A stretch of 64,000 bases of DNA. Source: Tubulanus polymorphus (lineage: Eukaryota; Animalia; Nemertea). Numbering within the stretch: the first letter of the stretch is position 1; each line of letters begins with the position of its first letter. Location: assembly GCF_964204645.1 (NCBI RefSeq), contig NC_134025.1:9300001-9364000 (forward strand). The letters are read 5' to 3'. Position numbers and translations under genes: made by a program. Shown here in pieces: positions 47,377 to 61,313 of this stretch. A model generated the notes under the pieces. That model saw only the letters and a program-made list of their open reading frames with translations, was not told the DNA's origin and made no database searches.

Positions 47377-50300
47377 ATGGCTCACGACAGAGATGACGAT
47401 CAAAGCACTGAAGGAGGAAAGAACAGCGAAACCACTTATGAAGTGTACCGTGCTGAGGGTGATGTACTGTTTAAACAGAGAGAATTTCTGAAAGCCTCTC
47501 AGAGTTACACTCATGTAAGATATTATCTCTCCTCGGGATGTTTCAATACATTATTTGTGTGAATTATGACCCTGGTATGGCCATAGTTTAGTTGGCTATT
47601 TTTCCTTTGGAGCCAATGTTCAAGTTTGTAAAAGTAGGTGTGACCAAAACTGACTGTGAGCTAGGCCACCCTGCGCTCACTAAAAGCAACCTGGCGACTA
47701 GTTTAATTTCACGATCCTATTCGATATTAAACTTTACCACCAAGGATTAGGTTCATTAACAACGGGTAACCTGTAAAACCATCCACGGTATTCAGGCTAA
47801 CTAGGCCCTGCCACTATGGAAGCGATAAGGGGCCTCCAGTTGTCATATTCCAACTCAACATGTCGCCATATTTTTTTAGATAGGCCTACATCGCATCAAG
47901 ATGATGACTCGAACCTCAGTCGACATATTTCTGGCATATTCATCTTACAATTTGGACGTGTTGTCAAATGTCGATTTGACACAAGGAAAATTGTCATCAA
48001 AACGTGACAATATGTGACATATTTCGTCGACTTGACGAGATATAGGCCTGCAATATGTCAACATGATTAGGCTATGGCGACTCGTTGAGTTGACATGCAA
48101 CAACTAGAGGGTGTTATGGTTTCCGTACGTGCCCTGGAATGGGTAATTATTGATTTATGCAATCGCATCCTAAAATCTGGGAATATGGAGTGCTAGGCTT
48201 TAAGTGACACTATTTCAACCTTCAACTTCGGTGCTTATAATCATATTCTTAAACCACAAAAACAATTTGGCAGGCCACCTTTCTGCTAGTGGTATTACTG
48301 TAGTACAGTAAACTTCACCTTACTGAGATGTGGTCAAGACTTTTGACTCACTAGGGCATAAACAGAATCATCTAGGTTCACTCTAATTAGGTTTGGGTTT
48401 GGGTTTAGGTCGCCTTCCTGACTGTGCGTGCTGTCAAAAAAGTAGCATTGATTTAGCCAATAGTTACGTTATGCAGTGGCCTAGTAAAGTTTAAATGTGT
48501 TGTTTAAAAGTGCACTATTGTGTTTTGAATACCAATATTTATAAAGAAAATATTGCTAATTTTGAAATAAAAACTAAGAAAACTGAATGTGAAATGTTCT
48601 TACCTCTTCAGATATTAATATTCTCATATTTCTCCACGGAACTTCACTTGTATCTGTCAATACCAGTGAGTCTTTGGTGAGCCTCTGTTAAGCTTCTTGG
48701 ATTATGCCTATTCGATTTTTGCTTTAATTGTTTATCACTCTGGGCCAGAAGAGGAGATCTAGGGGGACTTTCAACATGGTTAGATCTACTGTACGAACTA
48801 GAGTAATTTTACAAGACTAGGGAGTCGCTGATCAAATCTTGACTCAAAAGCTCCTACCTTATTCATAATTTATGATCAGAATATATGTCCTTGCCAAACA
48901 TAACTTTGGACGTCCAAAAATCTGTATGTGATAGTATATGAAATTCTGTTGTAATTCAGTTTTAGTCTATTTATCTATAGACTCGAGAGATATTCCATGA
49001 ATTGTTGAGATAAGTCAGTGACCTCAAAATTTCTTTCTTAATTTATTTACTATGAAATTTGATTATTTATCCGTAAACATGGATTGATGTTTACTTTTGA
49101 CCATTAAGCGAGAGATCTGATTTTCGTGCTCGTATCCACCCTCAATTATATGATCTTTAGATATGCGTGATTGGTTTGTTAATGGTTGCTATAGAGAATC
49201 ACACATGCGAGCCGGCAATTATCGGCGAAAGTTTGTTCTAAATGTTTGATGAGATTGTTGTTTTGAATTCGTGCGACGCCTTCATGATTTAGAATATCGA
49301 AGGAGCATGTTACAGGTTTTATAAGTAGATATTGATTCGAGTCGGTTCATTGTCTTAGAAGTTATAACTGCTTATACGCCAGTTTCGGATTCCTAGTTTA
49401 TTTTTCACCCTAGATAAAGATTGTCGGTGAAAGTTTTCAAATAGAAAATGCCGTCACATTCGCGTAGTCCAGTTTCGGGGAAAAAATCTCGCGCAACGTT
49501 ATCGCGTCATTCTCAAGCGACCGCTGCCCGCTCGATGTCGGGGATGACGTCTCCGGCGAAATCGTCGCGTAAATCCCGGGCGACGTACGTGGACGACGAC
49601 GATTCTGATTCAGTCGCGTCAACGGTCATCGTTCAGTTGGACATCGATGCGATTCGTGACGAGGGCGACCATTTTAAACACGTCGGAAAATGGGAAAAAG
49701 CCATCGTCAGCTACAACAAGGTTGTGTTGTAACCAAGTGTTGATGGAATGCAGTAGAACTTGCTTAATTCGAAATTTTCAATCCGCAATTGCACTTTATT
49801 CGGATGAAGTATTTGGTCCATTGAACCTAGAATCTTGTAAACTATTATTCATAATTCGGATTTTACTTAATCAGAGAAATCTGGGCAGTCCCTAGGCATC
49901 CGTATTTAGCGAGTTCTACTGTAGTAAGGTAATGTTGTTTTTATCACTTCTATAACATCATTATTGTCTAATCGTTGCATAGGCATTGGATTTGATGGGA
50001 GATAAAGATGAGAAAGATGCTCAAGGTGGTGGCGCGAAAGGAAAAGCGGGAGAATTGTCGAAAGAAGAGGAGAAATTACTCAAAGATAAAAACGATATTC
50101 TCGTCGCTCGCTCAAAATGTCACTTGATGCTCGGAAACGCGACGGCAGCTTTGGAAGATTCCGAAACAGCTCTGAAAGAAGACAAATCATTTATCAAGGT
50201 TAGTTGGGATTCATTGGACAAAATTGATTTTATCATCTCTATCATCTTCGTATCCCGTCTATATTATTTGTCGTTATTTGTCTATTTTTGTGTTTAAAGG

Positions 50301-53300
50301 CGCTGTACCAGAAAGCTGAAGCTCTTTATCTTCAAGGCGATTTTGAGAATGCTTTAGTCTGCTATCACCGAGGCAATAGTCAACGCCCAGAATTGCAAGA
50401 ATTCAGCCAAGGCATCAACAAGGCAACAGAAGCCATCAATAATAGTATAGGCAGTAAGTATTGCATGTCAAAAGGTCGAGAGCTAGGGAAAGTTTTGAAA
50501 AAATCATTCACGTTTGCTTGTCTTATTTGTAGAGCCGGAGTCAGTTAAACTAGAGAAGAAAGGATTAGAGCATTTTTACAGCAAACAAGACGAGGTAAAG
50601 TAATATAGTTTTTACCGCCAAACTTTTTTTAGATCGGGTCTAATTCAGGGCTGTTTTGTATCCACCCTTGTTATACATGTATTTCACTTGTTTGATCTCT
50701 ATTCGATTGCGTTCATTTGTCAGGAAGAAAAGAAAAAGGTAACTTTTCTTCGGGTCTACTATCACGTCGTGTACATCATGAATTTAATTCTTTCGAAAAA
50801 GCTACCGCGAAATAATCAGTTACCTGATTGGAAGTGCTGAAGTTTTTTTTTCATTCAAAAATAAAATTTCCTTGATTCTTTACGCTGACATAATGATAGG
50901 AAGAGGAAGAGCAAAAGGTACAGATTGGTTTCGAAAATTACGAACTTCATGCACGCGAAAACCGTGAAACGGATCAAAATTGAACTCTATTAAGTCTAAA
51001 TATTCTCCTAATTATAAAACCCCAGCGTGAAGCCACAAATTAAGAAGTTTATTTTCCTATTTCTGTCGTCATCAGTTATTAATGGCCATCGAAGAGGAAG
51101 CATCCAAAATAAGTTCCTCAAAAAATCGCGGCTCCTCGAGAAAGGTACCTACTGCCACAGCATATATTTGCATCATCACTTTTTGTATATGATAGTTATT
51201 ATAATATAGTGTAGCGTGATTCACTGGTGCGATATGTATTTTCTAGATTGATTTGCTTGCATGAAGTAGTAATGTTTTGTGATATTATTATGATTGGTGA
51301 TGATAGTGATGAATTATATTTTATTCGAGCGTAATTTTCGCAGAATATCGTAATTTACTTTCGGTGCGTTTTTCATTATTAGCTTTGGATTGCATTTTGT
51401 GAAGTTGTGTCTGTGTTTTGCGCTTTTTTCGAGTTTGATGCTGTAGCAAATATACTGATATCATTTTTCTTTCTACAGTTTTTAATACTAGTATTTACTT
51501 CACATATTCTTTGAATCGGAAATCATCAGGTATTTTTGTGTTTCGAGAAAAGAAACTCAGTGACGTTTATATTTCAGTCCATGTCATCGTTTTCTAATGT
51601 AATGGATAATGAAAAGGTATTTCATTTGTCAAAGGTATTGGGCTTATATAAGGATGATGGAATTAAACATACGTATATTGCTTGAATATCTAAACATCCG
51701 CCATTGAAATTCAATTCTGTCTTGTCAAAGAGCCATTGCAATAGTATACCGGTACTACAAGCACAGTAAATCTTGCTCAACTCAAATGAATCAGTCCCCT
51801 CTGTGAGTTTTATGATTTAAAGTCAAATTCAGGTCGCACTAAAGATCCAATCCGATCATCTCATGTCACATCGCAAAGCCAATTCGCTGATTCGGCCAAG
51901 ACTCATTTGTCAGATCTGAGCTACACTCAGGTCACCCAAAATCCGCCATCATTTTGAACCGAATGCTTTAAGTCATGTGATGTGTACATCGCTGTTCATT
52001 GGCTACAATCTGGTTGCCAATTAATTACGACCCGACGATCGGGTCAGATCTAATGCGACCTGAGTTAGGCATAAGTCTGATTGTGGGGCCAGTTCTCAGG
52101 AGATCAAAATTACCGGTCTTTGTGGATTAATAACTGAAATCTCATACTAGGTGTTTGAAGCCAGTCTGAGTTAGGCAAGGTGTGCTGAGTAGTGATTTCG
52201 CTCCTACAGATTTAACTATCTTTCTAATGTATTCTTTACCGTATATAGAAAAATGCATAGAGGTGTTTAGGACAATTATTTTATAATCATGATTAGCCTG
52301 TAATCAAAGCGTATTTTACTTTGGCAAGTCAATAATACTTGTCCTTTGAAATCAACTCACTTTCAATGAAATTTGATCGATGCATTATTAATTTGCATGG
52401 CTCCCGTTTATGTATGTACATTGTATAGTATATCTAGTGAATGCAACTGCTTTCTCTATCAGTAATGGCGGTGTTGATTTCTTTTCTAAAATCGATTAAC
52501 CTCACAGAGTGTTTGATCGTTTTTAAACAAAAAAAGAAAAGAATACTCGCTCTGCTTCTCATGATATTCTAAATTCTACATTTTGCATTATCTTTTTCCA
52601 TACAGGAGGAGAGGAATAAGGTAATGCATTCGCTGTTTATTATTCCATGGATAAATCCAGCGTTTGAATATCTACATAATAAGGAAGATGCAAAAAGCTG
52701 GATTTTTCCATATTCAAAATGCAGTGTGATTTTATACTTCTTATTACATAACAACGCACGTTTTCTTGCAATTACATACTACCAGTTGAAATACACGATG
52801 AATCAAAATAGTATGACTTTGAGAAGAAAATGTACAAACAAAATTTGTTAAATCATTCAGAATAAAGACGATTTTCAGGTATCGATAGTGAATCCTAAAT
52901 TGAGTATGATCAAAAAGGGAAAAATATGTAGTAGAAATTTGAATTTCAATCTACCTTGGACCATAATCAGTTAAAATAGATTATAATTTTTGGTTTCGTA
53001 CTGACCAAGGTATACATACTACTTGCGCTATTACCATATAGATATATGTAGACCCCTGTTCCGTGATGTACCTACACGATGTTAATGATCTAGGATTGTG
53101 TATACCCGTAGAAACCCCACATTATTTCCTGTGTGTATATATGGTGATTTCCGTTGTTAATATCGGGATTATTTGACTAATTAATTAACAAATCATGTTC
53201 TCTAGGTACACTCACAAGTTTAAGCCACACTCCACTCTGTTCTGATGGTTAACATAGAACCGAGATATATCTTTTCTTGAGATAGTTGCACTATCAATGT

Positions 53301-56149
53301 ATAGAGTCCACCACTCCTTTCCTGTAGACTAGCAAGTGTACGCAGTAAAATTTCTATCATTTCAAGAATTCTTTAAAAAGGATTTGAGAATGCACCATTT
53401 CTAAATTTGGCACGATCGTGATCTTTTTAATTTAGATTTTTTCGAAATCACCTCGACTACCTTTTTTCTGTGCGAAGATCGAAGAACATGTCCGTATGAT
53501 GATGTATGCATTATTTTTTCAGCAAAAGAAGGCTAAAGGAGGGAAAACGTATGGAAAACCCGGCCAAAAAGAGAATAAACCGAAAGAAAAACAACGACCG
53601 AAAAGTTGTAAAGACACGAAAACCATCAAAGAGCTACTCGGAGATCTTTATCAAGATCGGGAATATTTAGACAACCTTCTCAGAGAAGAAGGTGCAGTAT
53701 ATTTACATCATTATCCCTTAAGTCTAGTTCTAGTTTTAGTAGTATTGGTATTTCCTATGTGTACATTATGTTACAAGCAAGAGAGGTTTTTGCTTGAACG
53801 GCGGGACATCCACCGTTACTCCAGTATAGCCGATTAATTATCTTGCATGTATAGTTTTAGATGAATTTGTCCATGGGTATTCTTTCTCCATTATTGCTAT
53901 ATTTTTTCCCCAGGCAAAAATTTGAACTAGTGGAGTCGACAAAAACTTAAACGTTTAACTTGTTATCTTTAGAGGCAAGAATTTATTTAAGTATCGAACG
54001 CTTCAACAAAAAAGAGCAGAAACTACAAAAAATGCTTCAAACAGAGCAGGTCGATGAATACGAAATAAAACTGTATCGTCGCGAATTGAAAGGTTTCACA
54101 GAATTTTTCCGGCACAGAATTTCCTGAAGCACGAACGTAGCCTCTCGGAATGATTCACTCTAGATTATTTGCTATCTTCACACTTCATATCAAATAGTGA
54201 TGAATAGAATGTTCGAGTTATGCAGATAATTTTCATAATGAAAAAAAATCAGGATGCGAGATCAGACTGCACTCTTAAAATGGAACAGATATGATTTTGA
54301 GTTTTTCTTTTACACTCAAGCAATTGTTAGATATTTCACTTCACTCAAAACAAATTGGTCAAAACTTACGCACATTTTATGATTACCGGTATTTTCTTTT
54401 TTTTTATCATCACTTATCAAATTATGCATTTTTTCTTTTGAAGACTGATTTTAATATGCCAATGAATATACCAATATAGCTTCCCCTGGTTTAGCTAATC
54501 ACCACGGTTAGGTTTCCACTTTTAAATTTCCCTTGTACAATACAGTAAACCTTCCAATACTAGCAATTCACAACTTGTACTCCAAAATTTTCTCTTTGGG
54601 TCAAGGAACTCTAAAATTGCTATGGCTATAAGCATTAAAGCAGAAAAATTTGAGTGTTTTATTTATTCACTTTTTATGTAATCTAGTCTGAATTGCAAGA
54701 TTTGCTGTGTGTTGTCAATTAATTTTGGAATAAACATTATTTCTCGCATCAACGTTTACAGAAGCCATGGAACAAAAAACAGAAAGCAGTCAACGCATTC
54801 AGGACCTGTGTATTGAGGGGATCAACTATCTTGACTCGAGGACAGATTTCTGGCGACAACAGAAACCAATGTATGCTCGAAAACGCGATAAACGATTACA
54901 ACAACAGCAACGACAACAAGGAAAACATAGTTCACACACTATGCAGTACGTCGTCAAAAAGATGGAAGACATCGATGATGGTAAATATCTCGTAGCTCAT
55001 TCAAAGATTTTGTTCCCCATGCATGTTGGTTGGTATCTTGACTCTGTTCAGCCTCTGTACAATTGAAATTGATTGACTTTTCAGCCCAAGCGAATGGTGA
55101 ATATGAACGATCATTGAAAATGAGCAAAAACTTACTGCGGCAAGTGGAACCTATGAACGAAGAGGAATGCCCCGACAAACCGGGACTGTTGGCCAGTCTG
55201 TACAGTTACATGGGTGATGCCAATCTGGAAACGGGAAGTTATGATTTGGCTTTAGAATATTATAAGAAAGACTTAAATTTGGGTGAACAACAGTAAGTTA
55301 TACTACATGCAAAATGTAGATTTACACTGAACTTGCTGAAGGCGGAATAAATTCAACATTCCGTTTTACTTTTCAGCGATATGGAAGATTCACAGGCGCG
55401 TGCTTTAGATAATTTAGGCCGAGTATATGCTAGGATTGGAAATTACCAACAGGCTGTAGAAATGTAAGTAAATATAAACTAGAATTGGAAATGTTCACTA
55501 TTCTCATATTTATTTGGTTATGTTTTCCATTTGCAGTTGGGAGAGAAAACTACCAATGGGTAAATCGGATCTAGAAATGACATGGTTGTATCATGAGATT
55601 GGTCGATGTTACCTGGAATTAGAAAATTTCCAAAAAGCTCACGAGTGCGGTGGAAAATCACTGGACGCAGCAAATGCAGCCGGTGACGATGTGTGGCAGC
55701 TGAACGCAAGTGTTCTGATAGCTCAAACTGAAGGTAAGAAATCAAGGCCTAGAATTTCATATCAGGACAAAGAGGTGACTCTGTATGGGGGCTCGGATTT
55801 GCTTTAGTCACTTTTTGAAATGTAATTTGAAATACAAAATAAATTCATTCATTTATTGATTCATACAAAACCTTTTTGGAATCAGTTAGTAATTGGGTTG
55901 GTGTAACGTTTAAACTTGTACTGGACAAGCTGAGAGAATCAATTAAATGAACTTCCGTTTTTTTTTCCAGTCAAACTGGAAGATTATAATTCCGCTGTCA
56001 CTTCATTCGAAAAATCACTGGATATGGCACGAGTGCAAGGGGACAAACCAGCTGAGGAAGCGATCAAATGTGCATTGGAGGATGTTAATAAAAAGATTGC
56101 ACAGATGCTGCGAGAAAACTCATTGGGACAGGATGAAGACGCGGCAGAC

Positions 56150-56180
<31 letters not shown>

Positions 56181-59100
56181 AACAACAACAACAGGAAGAT
56201 TATACAGATTCTGCCTCGATTAAGGAGGAGACTATCGAGGAAGAACAACAACAAGAGCAACAACAACAAAAGCAAGAAGAACCACAACAAGAAGAAGAAC
56301 AACAACAAGAACAACAGAAAGGTTGGTACCCTGCTTCCTAAAACTAACAAGTAATACTCGTATAGTGTAATTGAGAAACTTATAATATCCAGAAACTGCC
56401 TGACTAAGATTAAGGATGCTTGTGTGTGATATTATCTTTATTCTTAGTTCATAAGTTCTCATCCTCCCTAGCCGGGGAATCTCATAGCATGATAGCTTCA
56501 CTCAAAATTTATTCTTAGTTGCTCACAAGGTATGAAAACTGCGCGTGTCACTGATAATGTGCTCAATGAAAGGAAAAGATTGCGCACTCCGCATCGAGAA
56601 ATAACAGCTTAGCTTAGGTTTGAATCCTGTTCGGGAGGATGACAGGTTGTCAACTAAGTGGATTGAATGCTACTAATACCCTTGACATGTTAGATGGCTC
56701 ATTATTTTGATAGAAATAACGAAAGATAACACAATAGTAACAACCTGAATTAGAGGTTTATTACTAATGAAATGAATGTATAATATCATATTATTTGGTG
56801 TGCTTCACTGTAGAGACTAAAAGAATTGTCGGATTAGTAACTGGTAATATTTCTTTTCAGAGAATGTTATCGTATTATGTTTTAATGTTAAACTTTCACT
56901 GATTGTTTTCAGCTTCTGAATCTTATAGTGTGGGTTCACAGGCAGAGGGGATGGATAGGGGCCAGGTCGATGATAAAGGGTCTATTGTTAAAGGGTCTGA
57001 TGAGGAGAACAGTGTCAAATCTGAAACATACAATTATTCTGAATCAAGCGCGTTCGAGGATGAATCTTCGGATAATTCGAAATCAAAACGCTCGATTAAT
57101 TCGAAAAAATCGATCTTGAATCGATCGAGAGAATCAGTCTCCGATGCCGGTAATTCCAGTGCGGTTGACTCCGACTCGGTGAAAGGACGGCCTCAAAAGC
57201 GCATGAAAAATAGAAAGAAACCGAAACCAAAAACGCCGATCAGAGAATCAGGTGAAGAGTCGGATGATGAAGCCGTTAAATCTGATATTGCTATAGGTGG
57301 TAACAATGATGCTAACACTGCTAACAGTGCTGATGTTGAAGAAAATCGTGATATCAAAGTTGAGAATTCTGCAACTAAATTGAAAAAAGATTCTAAGTCG
57401 TCAGTGGATAGTAGGAATTCGGATACAAAGTCGAAAAAATCAAGCAGTTCCGTTGCACACTCGAAAGATCAAACATCATTGAAAGAGAAAAAATCTTTGA
57501 CTGGTTCAGCGAAATCTGTCAATTCTCAGAAAAGAAGGGACAAAGATGGCAGTCGTGGCTCTGTTGCAGATAATCGTTCTGTTAAATCTGATAAATCAAT
57601 TAAAAGCATGATTGACTCCAAACCTCCTAGTAATAAAACTTCCCCTAGAAGTTCCAATGGATCAGTGCAGTCAGTAAGGAGTAAGGAGAGTAGTAATGGT
57701 AGTGTTAAGAAAGGTCAATCTTCTGGTCAATCAGTACGTGAGAGAAATTCATCTGGTTCTGGTAAATTGATGAAAAATGCCAGTGGTTCGTCGATAAAAT
57801 CAGACTCCAGCCAGAAAACAACGAACTCAGCCAAATCTCAATCAAACTCTGAGGCGGGTAGTAGGAGGATAAATGATAAAGACAAGACGGAGAAAAGACA
57901 AGGAAGTGCTGCTTCTAAAAAATCTAATTCATCAGTAGTATCACGGAAAAGCCAAATGTCAAACAAAGGTACCGGTAGTCATGGGTCATTTAAGTCATCT
58001 GACTCAAAAAAGGATGATGGTTCTATCGGTGGTAAACGGAGTGTGTCAAAAGATGAACAGCAAGAAAATAACGATGAACAGCGCAAAGATGAACATCAAG
58101 AGAACAAAGATGAACAGCAAGAAAACAAAGATGAACAGCGTGAAAACAAGTATGAACAGTGCAAAGATGAACAGCAAGAGAACAAAGATGAAGAACAAGA
58201 AAACAAGCATGAAAAACAAGAAAACACGGATGAACAGCAAGAGAACAAAGATGAACAGCAAGAAAACAAAGATAAAGAACAAGAAAACACGGATGAACAG
58301 CAAGAGAACAAAGATGAACAGCAAGAGAACAAAGATAAAGAACAAGAAAACAAGGATGAACAGCAAGAAAACAAGGATGAACTTCAGGAAAACAGGGATG
58401 AACAGCAAGAGAACAAAGATGAACAGCAAGAGAACAAAGATAAAGAACAAGAAAACAAGGATGAACAGCAAGAAAACAAGGATGAACTTCAGGAAAACAG
58501 GGATGAACAGCAAGAGAACAAAGATGACCAGCACACAGATGAACAGCATGAAAACAAGGATGCAGACACAACGAAATCATCATCATCATCATCATCATCA
58601 TCTATAAAAAATGCTGCTCAACCAGTGAAAGACATATCTAACAACCAAACTGAGGAATCACAAGTTAAAGAAGAAGTTAAAGATCCAAAAATTGAGGCTC
58701 TGAAAAAACTGAGTGCTGCACCGAGCTCAGTATCCGAATATCCAGAGTCAGAAGTCTTTGAAAATCTTGATTCAAAAAATGAAAATACTGGGGAGAACAT
58801 TGCTGACGATAACGATTTGTTGAAATTACCCGGTCGAGACCCGGGCCGCCCTCTATCCCCTCTGCCACCCCACCGAGAAGATCGCTCTCTAGTTCACAGC
58901 CAGGTTCAGCAGGACGCACAGTCTAAAGGTTTTTACTGGATATTTATAACGGCAATGTCTTTATGTTGAGTTTGCATGGTTGTCCTGTGTTCCTCCTCGA
59001 AAATGAAAATTATGCAATGCTATTCGAAACCATTGCGATTGATTTGAAGCTAATTGTGCACGTTTTGTTTCGATATCATACCAATCAATCTTGATCAATG

Positions 59101-59919
59101 CTTCCCGAACATATCGTCTTGTCTATATCTTAATGATATTCATGTCTCTGTATCAGTGATTCTAATTAATCGATATCATAGTAAAATACGTCCGTGTGGC
59201 GATAATTCATGTGAAATTGTGATTAGTGTGAACATGCTGCAGCCATTGCTTACTAGTATTAGAGATTGTAGTACATGAAGGAATAAAATCAGATTTTTAT
59301 TCTTTCATAAATATGTATTTATCAATACGATAATCACCCTTATGTTATGAAGTCTATGTTACATATATGAAATCAGTCGAATCAATAGATAAAAACGTTT
59401 GATTTCATGTAAAATATGCAGCTGCATGCACCTGTCTCATGTATACCCATAGCGTATTGAATTAATTACCCTCAGTACCCTGACCTCATGAAATAATTGT
59501 TAATCGTACATTTGATTTCGGAAAATAATTTAGTTGAATATTTTACAGAGATGTTTTAGATCTTAGAGCCCTAGTTAGATAATGAATGCAGTAGACAGAT
59601 ACCATACACTTTATGACTCCATCTTGTTCAACAATTGCTTAATAACCTGACCCTGTCTGTTCCTGAAAAGATTCAACCCATAAATCAACTTAACTTGATT
59701 GATTAATGAACTAGTGATAAAGCTTGGCTTAGAGAGAGTTATGGAAATATGAAATATTTGGTCAGAGGAACAGAAGACCGAGGAACAGAAGTTTGTCACA
59801 AGTTGCTCAACAGAGTAGTTAGGGTTAAGTCTATGATTATAACGATATTTAAAACAACCTATGTTTTTTGTGTTACAGCGCAAGTAGAAGATGAAGAACA
59901 ATTAAAGTATGAAGATTAG
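47377..59919 (+). CDS. TTC25: Tetratricopeptide repeat protein 25 / outer dynein arm docking complex subunit 4, with long low-complexity tail
   Basis: YRAEGDVLFKQREFLKA, LVARSKCHLMLG..AALEDSE, KAEALYLQGDFENALVCYHRG..RPELQEF, ELLGDLYQDREYL, YLDSRTDFWRQQKPMYAR, RALDNLGRVYARIG and WLYHEIGRCYLEL...WQLNASVLIAQ all match TTC25/ODAD4. The first exon and the terminal exon (stop at 59919 or 60202) are ambiguous. Confidence 0.94.
47833..48110. mobile_element. MITE with long imperfect TIRs
   Basis: CCTCCAGTTGT..CAACTCAACATGTCGCCATA pairs with TATGGCGACTCGTTGAGTTG..ACAACTAGAGG. Confidence 0.65.
49751..49921. mobile_element. Tigger/pogo-like MITE
   Basis: CAGTAGAACTTGCTTAATTCG ... CGTATTTAGCGAGTTCTACTG, followed by TA. 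Confidence 0.7.
51764..52187. mobile_element. Nested MITEs: a degenerate Tigger-like outer element containing an inner element at 51829-52063
   Basis: Outer termini CAGTAAATCTTGCTCAACTCA / TGAGTTAGGCAAGGTGTGCTG. Inner termini TCAGGTCGCA.T / A.TGCGACCTGA. Confidence 0.55.
58050..58562 (+). repeat. Coding 21-bp minisatellite (DEQQENK heptads) in the TTC25 tail exon
   Basis: About 24 copies of GATGAACAGCAAGA(A/G)AACAAA, with some 18-nt variants that keep the frame. Confidence 0.95.
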
Positions 59920-60632
59920 ACAGTTCGTAAGTATACATTCTCTTGTGAGGGACAGAATTTGTGATATCAAATATAGTGATTATTCCTCAAGAGATGTATA
60001 GAAATACTTTTAGCTTAGAATCTTTATCGGTGTCTACGTAACACTGTTAACTTAATTAAATACCATATACTCTTTACGTATCATCGATTTTTGGAGATTG
60101 CTTCCTTTCTCAAAAGGTTTATTATTTGGGCATTAATTTGTTTCTTTGGAACACTTTCTAGAGTGTGTAGAGGCTGAACTTAAGCGTGAAGATGAGGTGT
60201 AGAGAAAGAAAGAGAAGATGACAGTTTGAATTCATGCGAAGATTATTTGTTGGTTATTTTCAATCATGTATCAAAATGCATCATTTAGGAATTATTCGAT
60301 CAAGATTGCAGCGATCATTAGAACTTTTATCTCGTGCCTTTTTCTACATATATATACGGAAAAATTTCTTATTAAAAACGCTAGAGGCTAGTCTAAATCT
60401 TTTCTATTTATTAGTGAAGAACCTTGCTAACTATTCCGTCCCTTTTACCTCATAGTCTTAGATGGTGCTTTATGTTTTTTCCCTTATATCATGCGTACAT
60501 TCATCTTTATAATGTTTGAAAAACTAGCCATTTTTGTGATATGAAAATAAAATGTTTCTTTGTAACTATTGGAATGAATAAATGGAAGTTATATGTTCAA
60601 TTAACACAAAGACTTCACTCATTTTGCGTGAT

Positions 60633-60865
60633 CAGAGGTGGATTTAGGAAACCGGGGTCCAGAAGAAAAGAAAAGGCATTTCTCGGATAAGGCAGCCAGG
60701 TCGAGGTCTCTTGGAGTTCCGCCCTCGGTTTATGTATTTTTGAACTAATACATCCAATCAGTTGCTATTTCCGAGTGGCTGTGTGATCTAGGTCGTGACG
60801 AAAAGGGCAACATCAATGGGAAGGCAGAGTCCAGACCCCCAAGACCACCCCTAAATCCGCGCCTG
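60633..60865. mobile_element. MITE (CAGRGGYGGAT family)
   Basis: CAGAGGTGGATTTAGG ... CCTAAATCCGCGCCTG termini flanked by GCGTGAT / GCATGAT, a possible degenerate TSD. Confidence 0.6.
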
Positions 60866-61313
60866 GCATGATGCATCTTTACTTCTCTTGTGATCTGCTT
60901 CTAACAAATGTGTGGAAATGGTATCTATGCAGACTTTTAGAAGATTGCTTTATAGGCTGATGCCCCTGTGACCCGACTCTTCACGGGGCGAGTGCTGTAC
61001 TGCCTTGGCGAAAAACTGTCATCCTAAACTAGGACGTCCATCCAGAAACATACTAATTGATGACGTCATTAGCGCTAAATATCAACAATACGTATGTTAC
61101 TTTTCAAAATTTTATTTAAATCATAGCTACGCAAGATCATATAAATTATTTAAAATGACGGAACTAACGCGGATACGGAAAAAATTAAGTAAGATTAAGT
61201 AGTAATCATAAGCAGCCTCGACAGTCCTTAATACACATTGATCAATTAATAGTGAATATTTGTTCGCCTTTTAATCAGCAGTTTGAAAAATCAGCAGCAC
61301 GATCTATAACCAA

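Noticed and set aside
48385-48410. Telomere-like TTAGG/TTTGGG runs (also about 27345-27362)
   Set aside because: Only 3-4 degenerate units, consistent with transposon remnants rather than interstitial telomeres.
56120-58601. Hydrophobic minus-strand ORFs (poly-Leu, LLFIFV repeats)
   Set aside because: Antisense shadows of the polyQ/E and DEQQENK repeats of TTC25.
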